Position numbers and translations under genes: made by a program. From Salpingoeca rosetta (taxonomy: Eukaryota > Protista > Choanoflagellata), in assembly GCA_033442325.1 (NCBI GenBank), contig JAWQFM010000016.1, positions 192,097-256,096 on the forward strand: a DNA stretch of 64,000 bases. Direction: 5' to 3'. This document shows positions 1-18,749 of the stretch, piece after piece (position 1 is the first letter of the stretch; each line of letters begins with the position of its first letter). Below the pieces are notes generated by a model. It saw nothing but the letters and a program-made list of their open reading frames with translations. It had not been told where the DNA came from and did not search any database.

Positions 1-61
1 CTCACGTAGCCATTCTTGCTCCCTTCCACCCCGTTCTGCGTGATTTTGCATGATTCATCAG

Positions 62-545
62 TGCTTCATCTGCGGTTTGACGCGACAGGACCTTGACAAG
101 TTGGTTTTCCTGCTTGTGCGAATGTGTTTGGCGTGGGTCTGTCCTGCGGTCTGGCTTCTCCGTTGTCTGCAACACACACACTCACACACACACACACACA
201 CGCACACACATTCACTCACTCACTCACTCACTCACACACTCACTCACTCACACACACACTCACTCACACACTCTCTCTCATGCACGCCATGGTGTGTGCA
301 CGCGTGTTGCTGCTGCCGCCGGTAGGACACCGCATGGGTTCAAGATGCACGTGGAGGAGGAGCACAACTTGGACTACTACCTCTTCTTCTTCATGCACCT
401 GCTGCACAAGCCCGTAACAGAGCACACGGGCCAGGAGAGCTTTGTGTACGACCTTTACCGCAAGCGCGACTTCAAGTTCTTTCCTGTCGGCGAATGTTTC
501 CGGGACGCCGCTGCGTCGCAGGAGCAGGAGCAGACAGAGGCCTGA
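62..545 (+). CDS. RYR: Ryanodine receptor, last two coding exons (62-99, 326-545); gene begins upstream of the window
   Basis: Spliced peptide [72 protein letters not shown] matches the RyR C-terminus (CFICG...TPHGFETHTLEEHNLANY...[11 protein letters not shown]...FFPAGDCFR) better than IP3R. The GT-AG intron 100-325 is phase-compatible. Confidence 0.88.
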
Positions 546-680
546 CCGCTCGAGGGATTGGGGATTGGAGAAGATAGCAGTGCGGAGGGATTAGACGGCA
601 AGCGAGAATAGATGAAAACACGGAAGGGTCTGTGTGTTTGTGTGTCTGTCTGTCTGTCTGTGTGTGTGTGTCTGTCTGTC

Positions 681-744
<64 letters not shown>

Positions 745-983
745 GTTTTGGCCTCGCCATCATTTCCATTGTGTCATGTTTTGTGCTGGTTGCCTATCGT
801 TGTAATCGCTGACGCGACATGTAAACACTTTGATTCCAACTTGAACACACACACACACACACGCACACGCACGCACATTGAACTGCAGCTCCTGGATATG
901 ATCAGTGCAGACACGCATGCGAACACGACAAACAACACAATACGCAACACAGGACCTTCCACCACATTGTGCACCCACCACCG

Positions 984-3759
<2,776 letters not shown>

Positions 3760-3882
3760 CGCCTTCCGCTACACGTCCGAAACTTTGTGTAAATCTTCAT
3801 CCACCTTTCAGAACTTGACCTGGTTTGTGTGTGTGTGTGTGTGTGTGTGTGCGTGCGTGTGTGTGTGTGCGTGTGGGCGTGT

Positions 3883-3972
<90 letters not shown>

Positions 3973-4131
3973 TTTCTTTCACCTTGTGTCGTACGTCCAC
4001 CTCGCTGGCTGCATGTATGGGGCATGACAAGTCGGAGAAATTGAAGCAGCAAAGAAAGCAGCGAAAGGCAACGTGTTCACTTTTCAGTGCAGAACGACGA
4101 GATCACTTGTCAGTGTGGAACGGCGGCGTGT

Positions 4132-4398
4132 TCACTTGGCAGTGTAGGACACGTAGCACGGGGTGGTGACACGCGCAAGGGCGCCGACAGACGATGGAGG
4201 AGGCACGGGCATGGGAAACTCTGCAGAGAGGGTGAAGCGGGACAGGATGTGGTAGAGACAGATCTTCGTCATGTTCAGAGCAAAGCGGCGACCAGGGCAG
4301 GCGTGGATGCCGTGCCCAAAGGCGCTCACACTCATCAGCATCCCGCGCGGTGTGCCCTCAGGCACACGCAGATGGACCTGGGGCAGGCGTGTGATGTG

Positions 4399-4449
<51 letters not shown>

Positions 4450-5418
4450 TTTGTGTGCGTGTGTGATGTACGTGTGAATGTATTGTTGAGTCCGCAGGCC
4501 TCAAACACACACTGGCGGCGTGCTGCCACTGTATCACACACACACACACATACACACACGCACGCATGCACGCACACACACACACACACACATACACACA
4601 CAACCTTCTTGCCATCGTCACTGAGAAAGCGGTTTGGATCAAAAGTGTCGAGTGGAGCAGCGCCCGGCGTAGGAGGCAGGGATGCCGTGTTAGTGTTGGT
4701 CACGCTCAACAGTGTTCCAACGTACCACCCCGTTTCAATGTGCACCGTGCCACGCTCTGTCTTCATGTCCACAGGCTTCAAGGTCTTGCGCAGGGTGATG
4801 GACTGCTGGGCCATTCGCAGTGTCTCCATGACAACGGCCTCCAAGTACACGAGCTCGTCAAGGCACCGCCCCTGCATGATGAAATCATCGCCTGCAATAC
4901 GGAAGAAAAGGGGGTGGGGAAGAGGGAGCGGGATCTGGGGTAAGCATAATGCGTGGGTGCACGGAAGAGGGAAGCACTTGAAGCTAATGGAAGGATTAGC
5001 ACGGAACTAGAACACTGGATGAGTATCACATACAGTCGACACACGAAAACACAAGCACGTGCGCACGCACGCACGCACAACACATACACACACGCACATA
5101 CACACACACAAACTCACATACACACGCGCATACACACACGCACGCACACACACACACACACCGTGCTTGTCCTTGACGGTTTCAAACTCGTGCAAGACGC
5201 GATCCAAGATGGCATTGTCCTCTTTCAGAAGACGAACCAGCGTCCAGGCCATGCCCGCGTACATGTTCGCCTGAGACGCAAGTTGGAAGTGGAACACGTC
5301 AATCGCCACCTGCCTGTACCGCTGCTTGTCTGGCAGATCGCGATGAAGGTCGTGCAGGTTGGCCAGGTTGTCTTCGATATCCGTCTCTGCAACAACAGGC
5401 TCCTCTCCTTCCGCATCT

Positions 5419-5488
<70 letters not shown>

Positions 5489-6602
5489 GACTAGAACATG
5501 CGGATTTTGAACAATACTGGGGAATGTAACGTCTCTTCATTGCACACACACACACGAGCACACCTTGATCGAGCCAGATGGCCTTGAGCACGGCCTCCAT
5601 GTCGTTGAGGGCTCGCTTCTCGCGCGTGCGGCGCAGTGCAAGCGTGCTGAACAGCCTGCTCAGGTCCTGGAACCCGTCTTCAGGATCAAGGGCCTCATAG
5701 GCACGGATGAGCCGCTCAAAGTATGGCGGTTCGAGCGCCTTGGGTCCAACCCAGCACGTCATCCCAATCGTGTGCACCACTTTCTTCAGGTACTGGAACA
5801 GCTCAAACCTGCCCTCTGCTCCAAGCTCCCGCAGCCGCTGCTGCACGGCCACGTTTGCATATGTCACGTACTTGGACATGAGTTTTGGTTTCAGGCCGTG
5901 ATGGAACTTGCGCAGGTCATTCTCGCTCAGGATCTGAGGGTCGAGAGCGAATGATTGAGTGAGCAAGTGAGCAAGTAAGAAAGAGATTGAGTATGTGTGT
6001 GTGTGTGTTTGATGAGTTTGGAGGCCTTTCACCCATGTATGAGTGTGTTGTGCATGTCAGCTGATTCTTCAGCACTAATCATGTAAACACAAGCCCGTGC
6101 ATGTACGAAAGCAGTGTTTGTCCTCGCGCATATCGAATCGTACTTCCTGCGGCAGTTTGAGGCCGAGGAGGCCCTTTGTGGCTTCTGTGAAGCTCGCGTC
6201 TCGTTCCCGAAACCCATACAAGCTCTGCAGCCCTGAAGGGGGTCGCGTAGTCCAAGCAAGCACCCACCACACGTGTGTGTGAGCGCGATGACACAAATCA
6301 CAGTCTTGTCCAGCGGATACTTGGAGCAGCTAAGCGCAACCTGGCTCAGGCACAAACAACCAAAGAGAGCGCAACTACCTTCAGGGCTGAACGTGAAGAG
6401 GAACCGCACCCCGAACATGAGTACGACGAACGTGTCACCATGCTGCGCTCTCATGTCTTCGAGATACTTTGTTGGGTTCTTGATGAAAGACAGGCCGCAT
6501 CTGTGGCACCAAGCAAGCAGGGTGCGTCAGTTGGGGTACAGTGAAACTGAGCGGCAGCCTCTGACTTGCAGTGAATACGAGACACCCCCAACACACACAC
6601 AC

Positions 6603-6635
<33 letters not shown>

Positions 6636-7017
6636 TTTATCTCACTCACACACACACACACACACAGAGTGATCACACACTTACAACACGGCCATACATG
6701 CACACACGGCCACACACACACACACGCACACACACACACGCAGTTATCTCACTCACACAATTATCACACGCACACACACGTATAACACGCACGCACCCAA
6801 TCCATGGGATGATGCCTCGTTCAATGTGTACACTGTGGCTTGCTGTCGCTTGCTTGTTCGTCCCGTCATCAGTGGCATCGGCAGTGCCATCGTCGGCTGG
6901 AGCAACCTGGATGCCGAGGCTGTGGACGTTGTGCCACAGCACCGCTGCCGCAGCCACAGCCGCAGTCAATCCACAAGCAGCCAGCAGCGCCATCACTCCA
7001 TCGTGCCCTGTCGCCAT
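4132..7017 (-). CDS. Cytochrome P450, CYP7/CYP8/CYP39-like clan (start codon uncertain, 7017 or slightly upstream)
   Basis: N-terminal hydrophobic anchor; GIIPWIG/CGLSFIKNP; I-helix ASQANMYAGMAW; K-helix ETLR; FDPNRF; heme motif FGHGIHACPGRRFA. Confidence 0.9.
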
Positions 7018-7201
7018 CTCCCCTCCCACAGCTTCCACCACGCCACAAAGTCCGCCCGCAACCACCAGCACCATCAGCACCATCATCATCATCATCATCA
7101 TCATCACAGTTCGCATCATCCATCAACCAAGTGTCCTCCCTCTGCTGCGTTTTGTGGTGCCGGCGACAGTCAGTGACCATCTGCGACCTGTGTTGTGCAC
7201 G

Positions 7202-9271
<2,070 letters not shown>

Positions 9272-9282
9272 CATCGCCGCTG

Positions 9283-9354
<72 letters not shown>

Positions 9355-9769
9355 CGCTATGTATTAAGTTAAACACATCCTCCTCCCCCAGTTGCTACAT
9401 TACAGAACTCACTCCTTCCTTCTCCAAAACTTGTTTGCTTTCTTGCCCCTGTCTCTCATTAACGCTTCATTTGAGGTGGCGTATAAGCGCACAACAGCAC
9501 GTTTCTGGAACAAAATGACAAACAATGAATGAACACTCGCTTCGCCTTTGCTTTCTGGTCAATCAATGAAAACACAAACCACATGGACATAACACAAAGA
9601 AGGAAACACAAACAAACACGTACTACGATACACACGCTCAGTGATAAGAACACACAAGGCACACACACATGGGTGCACGCGTGTCCCCCCCCCACCACCA
9701 CCACCACATCCGCCTTCTTCGAAACGCACGCATTCGACGATGCACGTGCACCACATGTCCACGGCCCAG

Positions 9770-12700
9770 CTACTGCTGGTTGCACTGGTCCGCGACGGCT
9801 GCCTCTTGCTGGCCCGGTTTACGCCTCTGCGCCTTCGCCCGCTCATACAGTGCACGCGAGGGAGAGATCACAGACTCATTTAGCGACAGCTTCACCGCAC
9901 CCTTGCTGTTGCCACTGCTGTTGCCGTTCTCCTGGTTTTCAGCATCAGGGTCCTCGCGCATGGTGCCAGAGCCCTTCTTCTGCTTCTCCCGAGTCGCAGC
10001 CTTCTTGCTCGCAGCAACAGCATCACCCACAGCATCATTGCCAACACCGTCATTGCCACCGACTCGCTGGTTGCGCTCTTGCAAGCCACCACAAGCGCTG
10101 CGCCCAACCTTGCTGCGCTTACTCAGCGGCTGTGCTCGGTCCTGATCCTCTCGTCCCGCGTCCTCACGCTCGTTGTCAACACCAGCAGCATCTTCATCGC
10201 CACAGCTCTCCTCCTTCACGCTCGCCATCTTTGCGATGGCTCCGCGCCGGGTCGAGCGAGCCCGCAGCCCCTTTGGCTCCGGTGTGCTTGTCATCATGCC
10301 AGCAAACTCAGAGCCGCCATCCGCCGCGGTGCCCTTGATGGTGCTGGCCACGCTCACGGAGAGCGGGTTGGCGTTGTTGCTCACGCCAAGACCCATCGGC
10401 ATGGACATGGAGGCAGAGGCAGACGTGGGCAGCGACGGCAGGGCAGACACCTCCGCAGCGTGCCCGAGCTTGGTAAGCTGCTGCGCAAGCCGCTTGCACT
10501 CCGTTTGCTTCTGCTCAAGCTGCCTCACAAGCCGCTTGTTCTTTTCCTTCAGCTCGTAGTTGGCAGACTGGCCAACCTGCCCCGGCGCATCGCTCTCTCC
10601 GGCCACGCTGCCCTGCTCCTTCAACTTGTCCTGCAGCTGGTCGTTGTACGCCTGCATCGTGTCCACCTTCAATCGAAGCTTCTGCAGCTCACGCTGCTTC
10701 TCCCCCAACGCGGCCTTGGTCTGCTCAAGCTCGCTACCAACACCCTCGCTGGCCTTTGTCATCGCAGCGAGCTCCTGCTGCAGCGTTTCCACCTTTGCGC
10801 CAAGACCGGACGCGGAGTCCGCCTCCTGTTGCAGGCGCTCCACGTGTGCCTTCAACTCCTCCGCCTGTCGCTGCCAGTAGTCGTCGCAGTTGGCCGCAGC
10901 CGTCAGCTTCTTGAGCTTGCGGCTTGCCCGCTGCCAGTCCTTGCGCAGCGTTGCACACGACTCCTCAGCCTTGGTCTTGCTCGACTCAAGCTCAGCCACC
11001 CGCTGCTCTGCGCTCTCCTTCGCAGCAACCGCGCTTGCCAACTTACGCTGCAATGCCTCCACATCACCAGCGTGCGCCTGCTGCTGCTCGTTCGCCTTGG
11101 TTTCCATGTCTCGCACGGCAGCGCACAGCTTGTCCACCTGCGCCTGCAGCTCTTGGCTTTGTGCACGCGCGTGCTCAAGCTCCACCTCCATCTCCAGGCG
11201 CGCGTCACGCGCAGTGTCCAGCAAGCGAACTTGGTCCTGCACCTGAGTGCGAAGATGCTTTGCCTCCTTGCTCAGGGCAGTGCGCTCCGCTTCCAGCTGC
11301 TGCACGCGTGTGGACTTGTCCTCCTGTGCACGGGCAAGCGCCGCCTGTGCCTCTTGCTCGCTCGCGGCTGCACGCGCACGCACGCGTGCGCACTGTTCCT
11401 CAAGCGCCTTGCAGCGCTGCAGGGCGTCCTCCTTCTCCAGTGACATAGTTGTCAGCTCGCTGGACAGCGATTCCACAGACGCCTGCAGCTGCGACACGCT
11501 TGCAGCGGCAGCTGCGTGCTCCTGTTGCAGCTTCTCAAGCTGCGATACAGCCTCGTTGTCCTTGGTTGCCATAGCCTTGCGCAGCTCGGTGCACTCTTCC
11601 TGCACGCGCTGCAGCTCTTGCCTGGCGCTGACAACCTCCTGCTCCGTGGCGGTTGTCGTTGCTGCTGCCTCACTCTGCAGCGCATGCGCAACAGCCTCTG
11701 CTTCCGCCAGTTTGCTAGCCATGGTCGTCAGCTCGGCTTCCAGCCGAGAAACTTCCTCGCGGGCGTGCTGGGCTGCCTGGCTCTGCTGTGTCAGTGCCAC
11801 CTGGCACTTCTCTACGCCTTCCTCATGCTGACGCGCAGCCGCAGCAACGTCCTGTTTCAGTTGCTCGCGCACAGCGCACAGCGCTTGCACGTCCTGCCGC
11901 ACTGTGGCAAGCGCTGTGGCAAGCTGCGTGCACTTGGCAGTGGCGGCTTCCCTTGCCTCGACCAGGTGTGCACGCTCATCTGCGAATGATGTCTCTTGCT
12001 GCTCGAGTGACTGCTCAAGGTCAGTAACCCGTTGCTTCAGAACCGTGCACTCCTTCTCCAGCTCCTGAAGGGAAGCGAGGTCTGTAACTGCTGTCTCTGA
12101 CGTCTCCTCGCCGCTCTCAGCCGTGGCAGCATCGGTGTCCTCTTCCATTTTCACGGGTGTTGAAGATGCAGTTGCAGCCGTCGCATCGCCTTGCTTGTGC
12201 TCGTTCTCCGCTTCTTCTGCATTCGCCTCATCTTCGGCCTTTGTCTCGCCAGCCACAGCATCATTATCATTACCTGAGGTTTCATGGCCGGCACCATCAG
12301 CGTCACCATCACCATCAGCTGTGTTCATCATGGAGGCAAGCGCCTGTTCGCGCTGCGCGTGCGCCTCCTCAACCTCTTGCTGCATTGTTTCCAGCTGAGA
12401 CAGCAGGCGCTCGTTCACTGTCTCCAGCTCCTCGACGTAGCTGGCCATCTCCGTGTTTTCTTCCTCGAGCGTGGTCAGGCGCTCCGATGTCGCCTTTGCT
12501 TCCGCCAGCAGCGTTGTTGCCTCGTCCCCTGCGGTTTGCAGCTGCTCAACACGTGCCGCAAGCTCTGCTTTTGCTGTTGTGGCCTGCGCGTGCTCGGAGC
12601 GCAGTTCTGCCAGCTGCGATTCCAGCGCGGAGACGGCCGACTTGTGGACGTCCTCCGCTTGGTGCAGCGCACTCTGTGCCGCATCACGTTGCTCTTCCGC

Positions 12701-15700
12701 GCCCTTGAGCGCCTCAGACACACGCGCGGCCTCTGCCTCCAGCTCGGCAATGCGTTCCTGGGACACGGTCACCTGCTCTGTGGCGGCCTGCAGCTGTGCG
12801 TTCAGGTTCGCCTGAGCGTCCTGCAGCGCCGTGTGCGCCGCCGTCAGCTCCTCAAAGCGGGTGCTCAGCGCGTGCGTGTGGTTGCGGTCCTTTGGTGACG
12901 CCAATGCAGGCGAGGCGTTCGCGTGGTCCATCGACACGGTTGTTGTCGTGGTGTTGGGTGTGGAGGTCACAGATTCGCTGTGCCCCTTACTGCTGCTGTT
13001 GTTGTTCATTGTAAGCGGCGTGGAGGGTGCAGGTGTGCTTGGTGACAGCAGGGCTGCCATGCGCGGCTTGTTGGTTGTCTCACGCACAGGGGTCGCAGCC
13101 GCACTGCTGCTACCGGCTGCGCACGCGCTGCCTTCATTGTCATCGTCGCCTCCTTTGCCCTTCTTGCGGTGCTGCTTGTTCTTGCGGCGAATCGGCGTCA
13201 TGAGCTTGCTCACCAGCGAGCGGAAGCCAGACTTGGGCTGGGCAAGTGTTGTTGGGCTTGTCAGCTCGCCGCGACCACCCAGCTTCTTCTTGCGCTTGCG
13301 GCGGCCAAAGCGCCTTGAATCGCCCTTCCGCTTTGGTGACTCGTCATCGTCATCAGCATTGTCGTTGTCGCCGTCGTCGTCATGGCTGCTGCTGCTGCTG
13401 CTGTTGTTGTTGTTGTTCGTGGTCTCTGCAGTGATAGCGGTGTTGCCAGCTTGCTTGACATCACCATCACTGTTGCTGCTGATGTTACTGCTGCTGGTGC
13501 AAGTTGCATCTGCGTCTGTGCGTGCGTTGCTGCAGTCATCACCCGCGCTGTCACCCGAACAAGCCACTGCATCTTGCTCCATGCGTGTTGCTTGTGCCGC
13601 TGTGGCCTCCTTGAGCTGGTGCTGTAGTGCGCACAGGGACTGCTGCAGCTGGCGTGTGCGCGCCTTCATCACGGTGTACTCATACGAGAGGGCGTCACGC
13701 TCCGCCTCCATCTCCATGAGCTCCGCACGCATGTCTGCCACTTCCTCCTGCAGCGCCTGCACGGCTTCGTCGTGGGCTGCCGTCGCGCTGTCAAGCTCTG
13801 CTTGAAGGGCAGCAACCTTTGCATGTGCTGTTTCCTTCTCCTCTGCAGCCACCACCAGCTTCTCCTTGGCGGCGTCCAGGTCGCTGCGCAGTTGTTGCAT
13901 GTGCGCGTCGTGCTCTGCGTGGGCTGAGGACAGCTCCTGCTGAAGGGTAGCAGCCTGCTTCTCCCACTCTGCCTTGGCCTCGGTCAGAACACGCTCGTGC
14001 TCCTCAACAGACAGGGTGGCCTTGTCCTCCTGGCTCTGGGTCTGGCTCTCGCTCGCCATCACCAGGGCCTCAACTTCCGTCTGCATGGCGTCCAGCTTGG
14101 CCGTCTCCTCTCGCAGCTGCTGCTGATGCGCTTCCATCAACTGCTGCACACGGCGGTCGTGGTCGGCGGACAGCTCCTGCTGCTGTGCAATGTAGAAGGC
14201 CTCCAGCTCGGCCCGAACTTCATCCTTCATTTCCTCACGCACGGCCTCAACGTTGACGGCAGCAGGCGTGTCTGCAGCGGCTGTCTCTTCTGCGTCTTCT
14301 TCTTCTTGTTGCTGCGCACGTTGCTTCTGCTGTTCCACTTGCAGGGCTTCGAGCTCTTGTTGCTGTTGCTGAAGCTTCGCGTCGACCTCAGCGTGCTCCT
14401 GCTGAGCGTCAACGAGCTGCGTCTGCAGCTGCTGCACATACGCCTCCAGGCTCTCGTGCTCCTCTGCCGAGCGGGCCGCAGCGGCTGCGGCATCTTGCTT
14501 CTGCTGCGCAATATCGCTCAGCAGCGTCTGTGATTGCTCCTTGCTGGCTGCAAGCTCCTTCTGCATTGCCTCGACGGCCTCCACCACAGCTGCAACCATG
14601 TCCTGCGTGGACAGCTGAGCAGCGGAAGTGGCTTGAGAGGCATCACCATCCCCGTGAGTGGTTGTCGTGGCTGATGGCGACGGGGTGGCATTGAGCATGT
14701 TGTGCAGCTTACGAATCGCAGCTGTCATGGTCTCCAACTGCTGTTGCATCTCACGCTCCATGCCACGCCTCTTTTCCTCTTCTTCTTCTTCTTCCGTCTT
14801 CATCCTCGCCTTCTCAGCGGCAGCATCGCCATCGGTGTCACTATCGTCACCGCCACGCTGAGTGGTGAGCTCAGACATCATCTCGTTCAACTTGCGCGTC
14901 TGCGAGGCCAACTTGACCTCAAGTTCACACAGAGCATCCTCCTTCTCCTGGCGCTCGCGCAACGCTTGCTGTGCCTCGTTCCTGGCCGCATCCATCTCCG
15001 CCTGCAGCTCACGCGTTGCCTCCTCCTTGGCAGCTGTGCGTGTCTGCACAACTTCGGCTTCAAGCTCAGCAATACGCGCGTCCTTCTCAGCGACCGTCTT
15101 CGCCAGTGTCTCGTGCTCCGTGTCAGCAGCGCTCAGCTTCTCCTGCTGTGCGGCGAGCTGTGTTGCTTGCTCGTCAATGCGCGCCTGCAGTGCCGTCACC
15201 TCCTGCTTGAGAGCAGCCGTTGCTGCCTGCTCTTGGTCGCATGTCTCGCGCAAAATATCCAGTTCTTCCTGGAGGAACCCCGTGTTCTCGCGCGCTTCCT
15301 TCAGCTCCGTTTCAAAGTGCTGTTGCTGCTCAACAATGCGGCCCTCCAGTGCCTCCACGTGCGCGTGCTGGCTCGCCAGCGTGTCGTGCAGAGACTTGAG
15401 CTCCGCCTGCCATCGCGCCACCTCCTCGTCGTCGTGCTGCGTGCTTACTCCCGTGGCTGCCTGCTGTTGGTGTGCCGCCTGCGCTTCAGCAAGCTTCGCC
15501 TCAGCAGTGTCAAGCGCCTCCCGCATACTCTCAAGCTCGCGCTGCTTCTCGATCAAATCCGTCTGCAGCCGCTGCGCCTTTGCCTTGAAGATATCTGCGC
15601 GTGTGGCCACGGGGCGTGCGCTGTCGTGGTCGTCGGCAACGGGGGCGTCTTCCGGGATGGACTGCATCCCGCCAACACCAACGTTGCCACCAATGCTGCT

Positions 15701-17220
15701 GCTGCCGCAGCTACCGCCGTGAACACCGGCGCTAAGGAGGCCATTCATCAGCTCCAGGTTTGCTGCTGAGGAGGCGAGTGAGCGGCGGGCGCGGGCCTTG
15801 CGCTTGAACGTGGCCATGGTGTCCTTGGCCGTCTTCAGCCGTGGGACGCCGTTGCCAAACAGGGAGCGCTTGCGTCGTGCACCTGCACCACTGCCGCTTG
15901 CTGTTGAAGTATCACCTGGGTATTCAGTGGCCGGCTGTGCAGTGTCAGTGCCACTGGTGGTGGTGGTGGTGGTGGTGTTTGTGCCGTCAGCACTGTCATT
16001 GTTGCTGTCGGCTGCGTGGTTGCGCGCGCCTTTAAACTGCGACAGGGCGGAGGCCTGCTCCTCGTTGCTCGCCTCCAGAAACATGGACCGCTGGCGTGGG
16101 CGTGTTGATGATGATGACGAGCTTGTTGCTGCTTTGGATGGCGAGAAGAGGAGACCAAGCGACCGCTTCGCCACGCTGTCCTCGCTCAGGCCAGGGCACC
16201 ATGTCTTGCGACGGTTACGGCGCGTCTTGATCTGCTTTGCTGCGGCTGGCGGTGGGCCAACGAGCGCATGCACGGTGTTTGATGTGAGAATGACACGCTT
16301 GAGACGGTCGAGCTGTGCGGCCTGGCGCTGCGAGGCGACGTCACGCTGCTTCAACGCTTCTTCAAGCGACTGCTTCTCGGACTTGAGGGCCTGCAGCTCC
16401 GAGCCATCTTCAAGCAGTTGGTTGCGCTTCTTGAGCTGGTTGATTTCCCGCTTCATCTTGCGCAGCATGGCAGCGTCGTCGTACACCTCGTTCACCACCA
16501 CGTTGTTCTTGATGGTCTTGGCGCGGCTGGCAAATTTGAGCGTGCTGATGCTCTCGTCCACGTGCAGGCTGGCGGGCGTGATGGTGCAGATGATAGCGGT
16601 TCGGGCGTTGCCGCCAAGCGAGTTCTGCAGAATGCGCGTGAGCTTTGAGTCGCGATAGGGGATATGGCCCGTCTCGCTCGTCACGCCATCGGACAGCTTG
16701 GCAATGACCGTGCCCAGCGTGAGCAGCGACTTGTTGATGTGTGCGCCCTCCTTCAGGCGTTGACCTTCTGCGCCCGTCAGCGACACGCGCTCTGAGCCAG
16801 CAAGGTCGACCAGGTTGAGGTGGGCAACGCGCACGGCGCCGTTGCCGTCCATGGATTGGCGGTCCTGTTCGCCGGATGACTCAGATGAGGCAGGCGTGCA
16901 CTCGCGGCTCTCGACGACAATGCGGAAGATGGTGTGGGAGCGGGAGCTGCGGTCGTTCATGCGCGTGCTGCCGGTCTTCCTATTCTTCTGCCCAATCTGC
17001 ATGTGGCGCAAGATTTCCTCTGGGGAGCACACCACCTCCTCCGTCAGCCCGCCAACGTAGATGTCGCCCTCGCTCGTCTCGTGCACCTTCAGATTGTTGT
17101 TCTCCGGTGCCAGCAGGTCCGCAATGACCTTAAGCAAGGAAAATTGGGGGGGGGGGACGACGAATGTGTGAGTACAGTGTTTGTGTGTGTGTGTGGGGGT
17201 GGGGGGGGGTGGCATGGTGC

Positions 17221-17311
<91 letters not shown>

Positions 17312-17872
17312 GTGATGGAAAGAAAATGGTGACAGGACCCAAGCAAATGGCGGCATGAGCAACATGGCCGCTCTCTTGACATGAGACGGCGCTTCGCACA
17401 ATATGCAGCAACATCACACCTCGTTGTAGATTTCCATGAAGGAGACGCGGAGCAGGAACTCGCGATCTGGTGTCTGCAAGGGTGTCAAAACAAAGCAGAT
17501 AACAGCAAAGCAGAACAACAGCAACAACGCGTGGATATGTTGAGTCAAACAGTTGACATTTGTGTATTTCGACACACAACGTACGTGTCACTGTTGCATC
17601 ACACGCAGACAACTTTGGACACGCACACACACACACGCGCGTGCGCACACACACACAAGTACACACCTTCTCGATGCTGTTGAAGATGTCTTGAATGGAA
17701 AGAGGGATGATGCCTTCCTCTGTGGGTTCGCCCATCATGGTGTGCGTCTTACCAGACGAGGTCTGCCCATACGCGAAGATGGTGCCTGCAGTGTTCATTG
17801 GTGGATCAGCGCAGCCAGTCGTGAGTTGAATTGTGGATCGAGCGGGCTTGGTGCGGGTGAATATGTGTATAC

Positions 17873-17907
<35 letters not shown>

Positions 17908-18626
17908 CACGCGTGTATGTTTTCATGTGTGTGTGTATCTGGGGGGTGTGCCCATGAGTCGTTGATGAGCCATGCACGCGTGCGCTGGTGGATGTGCGTC
18001 GGTGTGAACAAGCACGAAAGGCCGATGTGTTGGGTGTGCGTACCGTGCATGCCTGCCATCGTGGCGTCGACAATCGGGCGTGCGGATTTTTCATACACCA
18101 TCTTGGTCCTTGAATCCATGTTGAACACATTGTCTGCGGTGCGGCAAACAGGGTTCATGTGTTGTGGTGGGGTGTGGGTGTGAGGTGGGAGTGTCGAGTG
18201 AGCAACGAGGTTGCAAACAATGTTGAAAAAGCTTTCGGTGTGTGTATGAATGAGTAAAAGGAGGGTACCACGTGCTCATGGTGTTGCTGAGTCCTTTCAC
18301 TCATTCCGTCCTTCCCGTCGCTCCGAGTTGACGTACCAAACACGTATCGCGGCGCTTGCGGTGGTCGGTTGCATTGTGTGATTGAGTTCTGGTCGACATC
18401 CCAGGAGACGTGTGCATTGGACTGCGCCTCTCTGCCAAGCGGATGAGTCAAAGGTGTATGCAAGAAAGAATGTGAATGAATGAGTGGGGTCCAGTTGTTG
18501 TGAGTGCACGAGTGCTGACAACAGGCGTGAGATGGCATGGCTGTTGCACCCTGTGGTGTTGTTTTGTTCTTGCACGTACCTGTCGTTGAGAGGGCGCACA
18601 CGGATGGAGACGCTCACAGACTCCAT
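9770..18626 (-). CDS. CENPE: Kinesin-7 / CENP-E-like motor with long coiled coil (5 small 5' exons plus one ~7.4 kb exon)
   Basis: IRVRPLN; P-loop GQTSSGKT; switch I NDRSSRSH; switch II DLAGSER; [21 protein letters not shown]; RRKTW motif after the neck; >1500 aa coiled coil; C-terminal CaaX-like CNQQ. Confidence 0.9.
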
Positions 18627-18685
18627 CCTCGTTCACTTTGCTTGCTCAGTGTGCGTGTGTGTGTTGTGGATGTGTGTGTGTGTGT

Positions 18686-18749
<64 letters not shown>

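Noticed and set aside
6698-7201. N-terminal extension of the 857-aa ORF upstream of ERCC8
   Set aside because: It is antisense to P450 exon 1 and starts in a CA repeat; CSA similarity begins near Met 7202.
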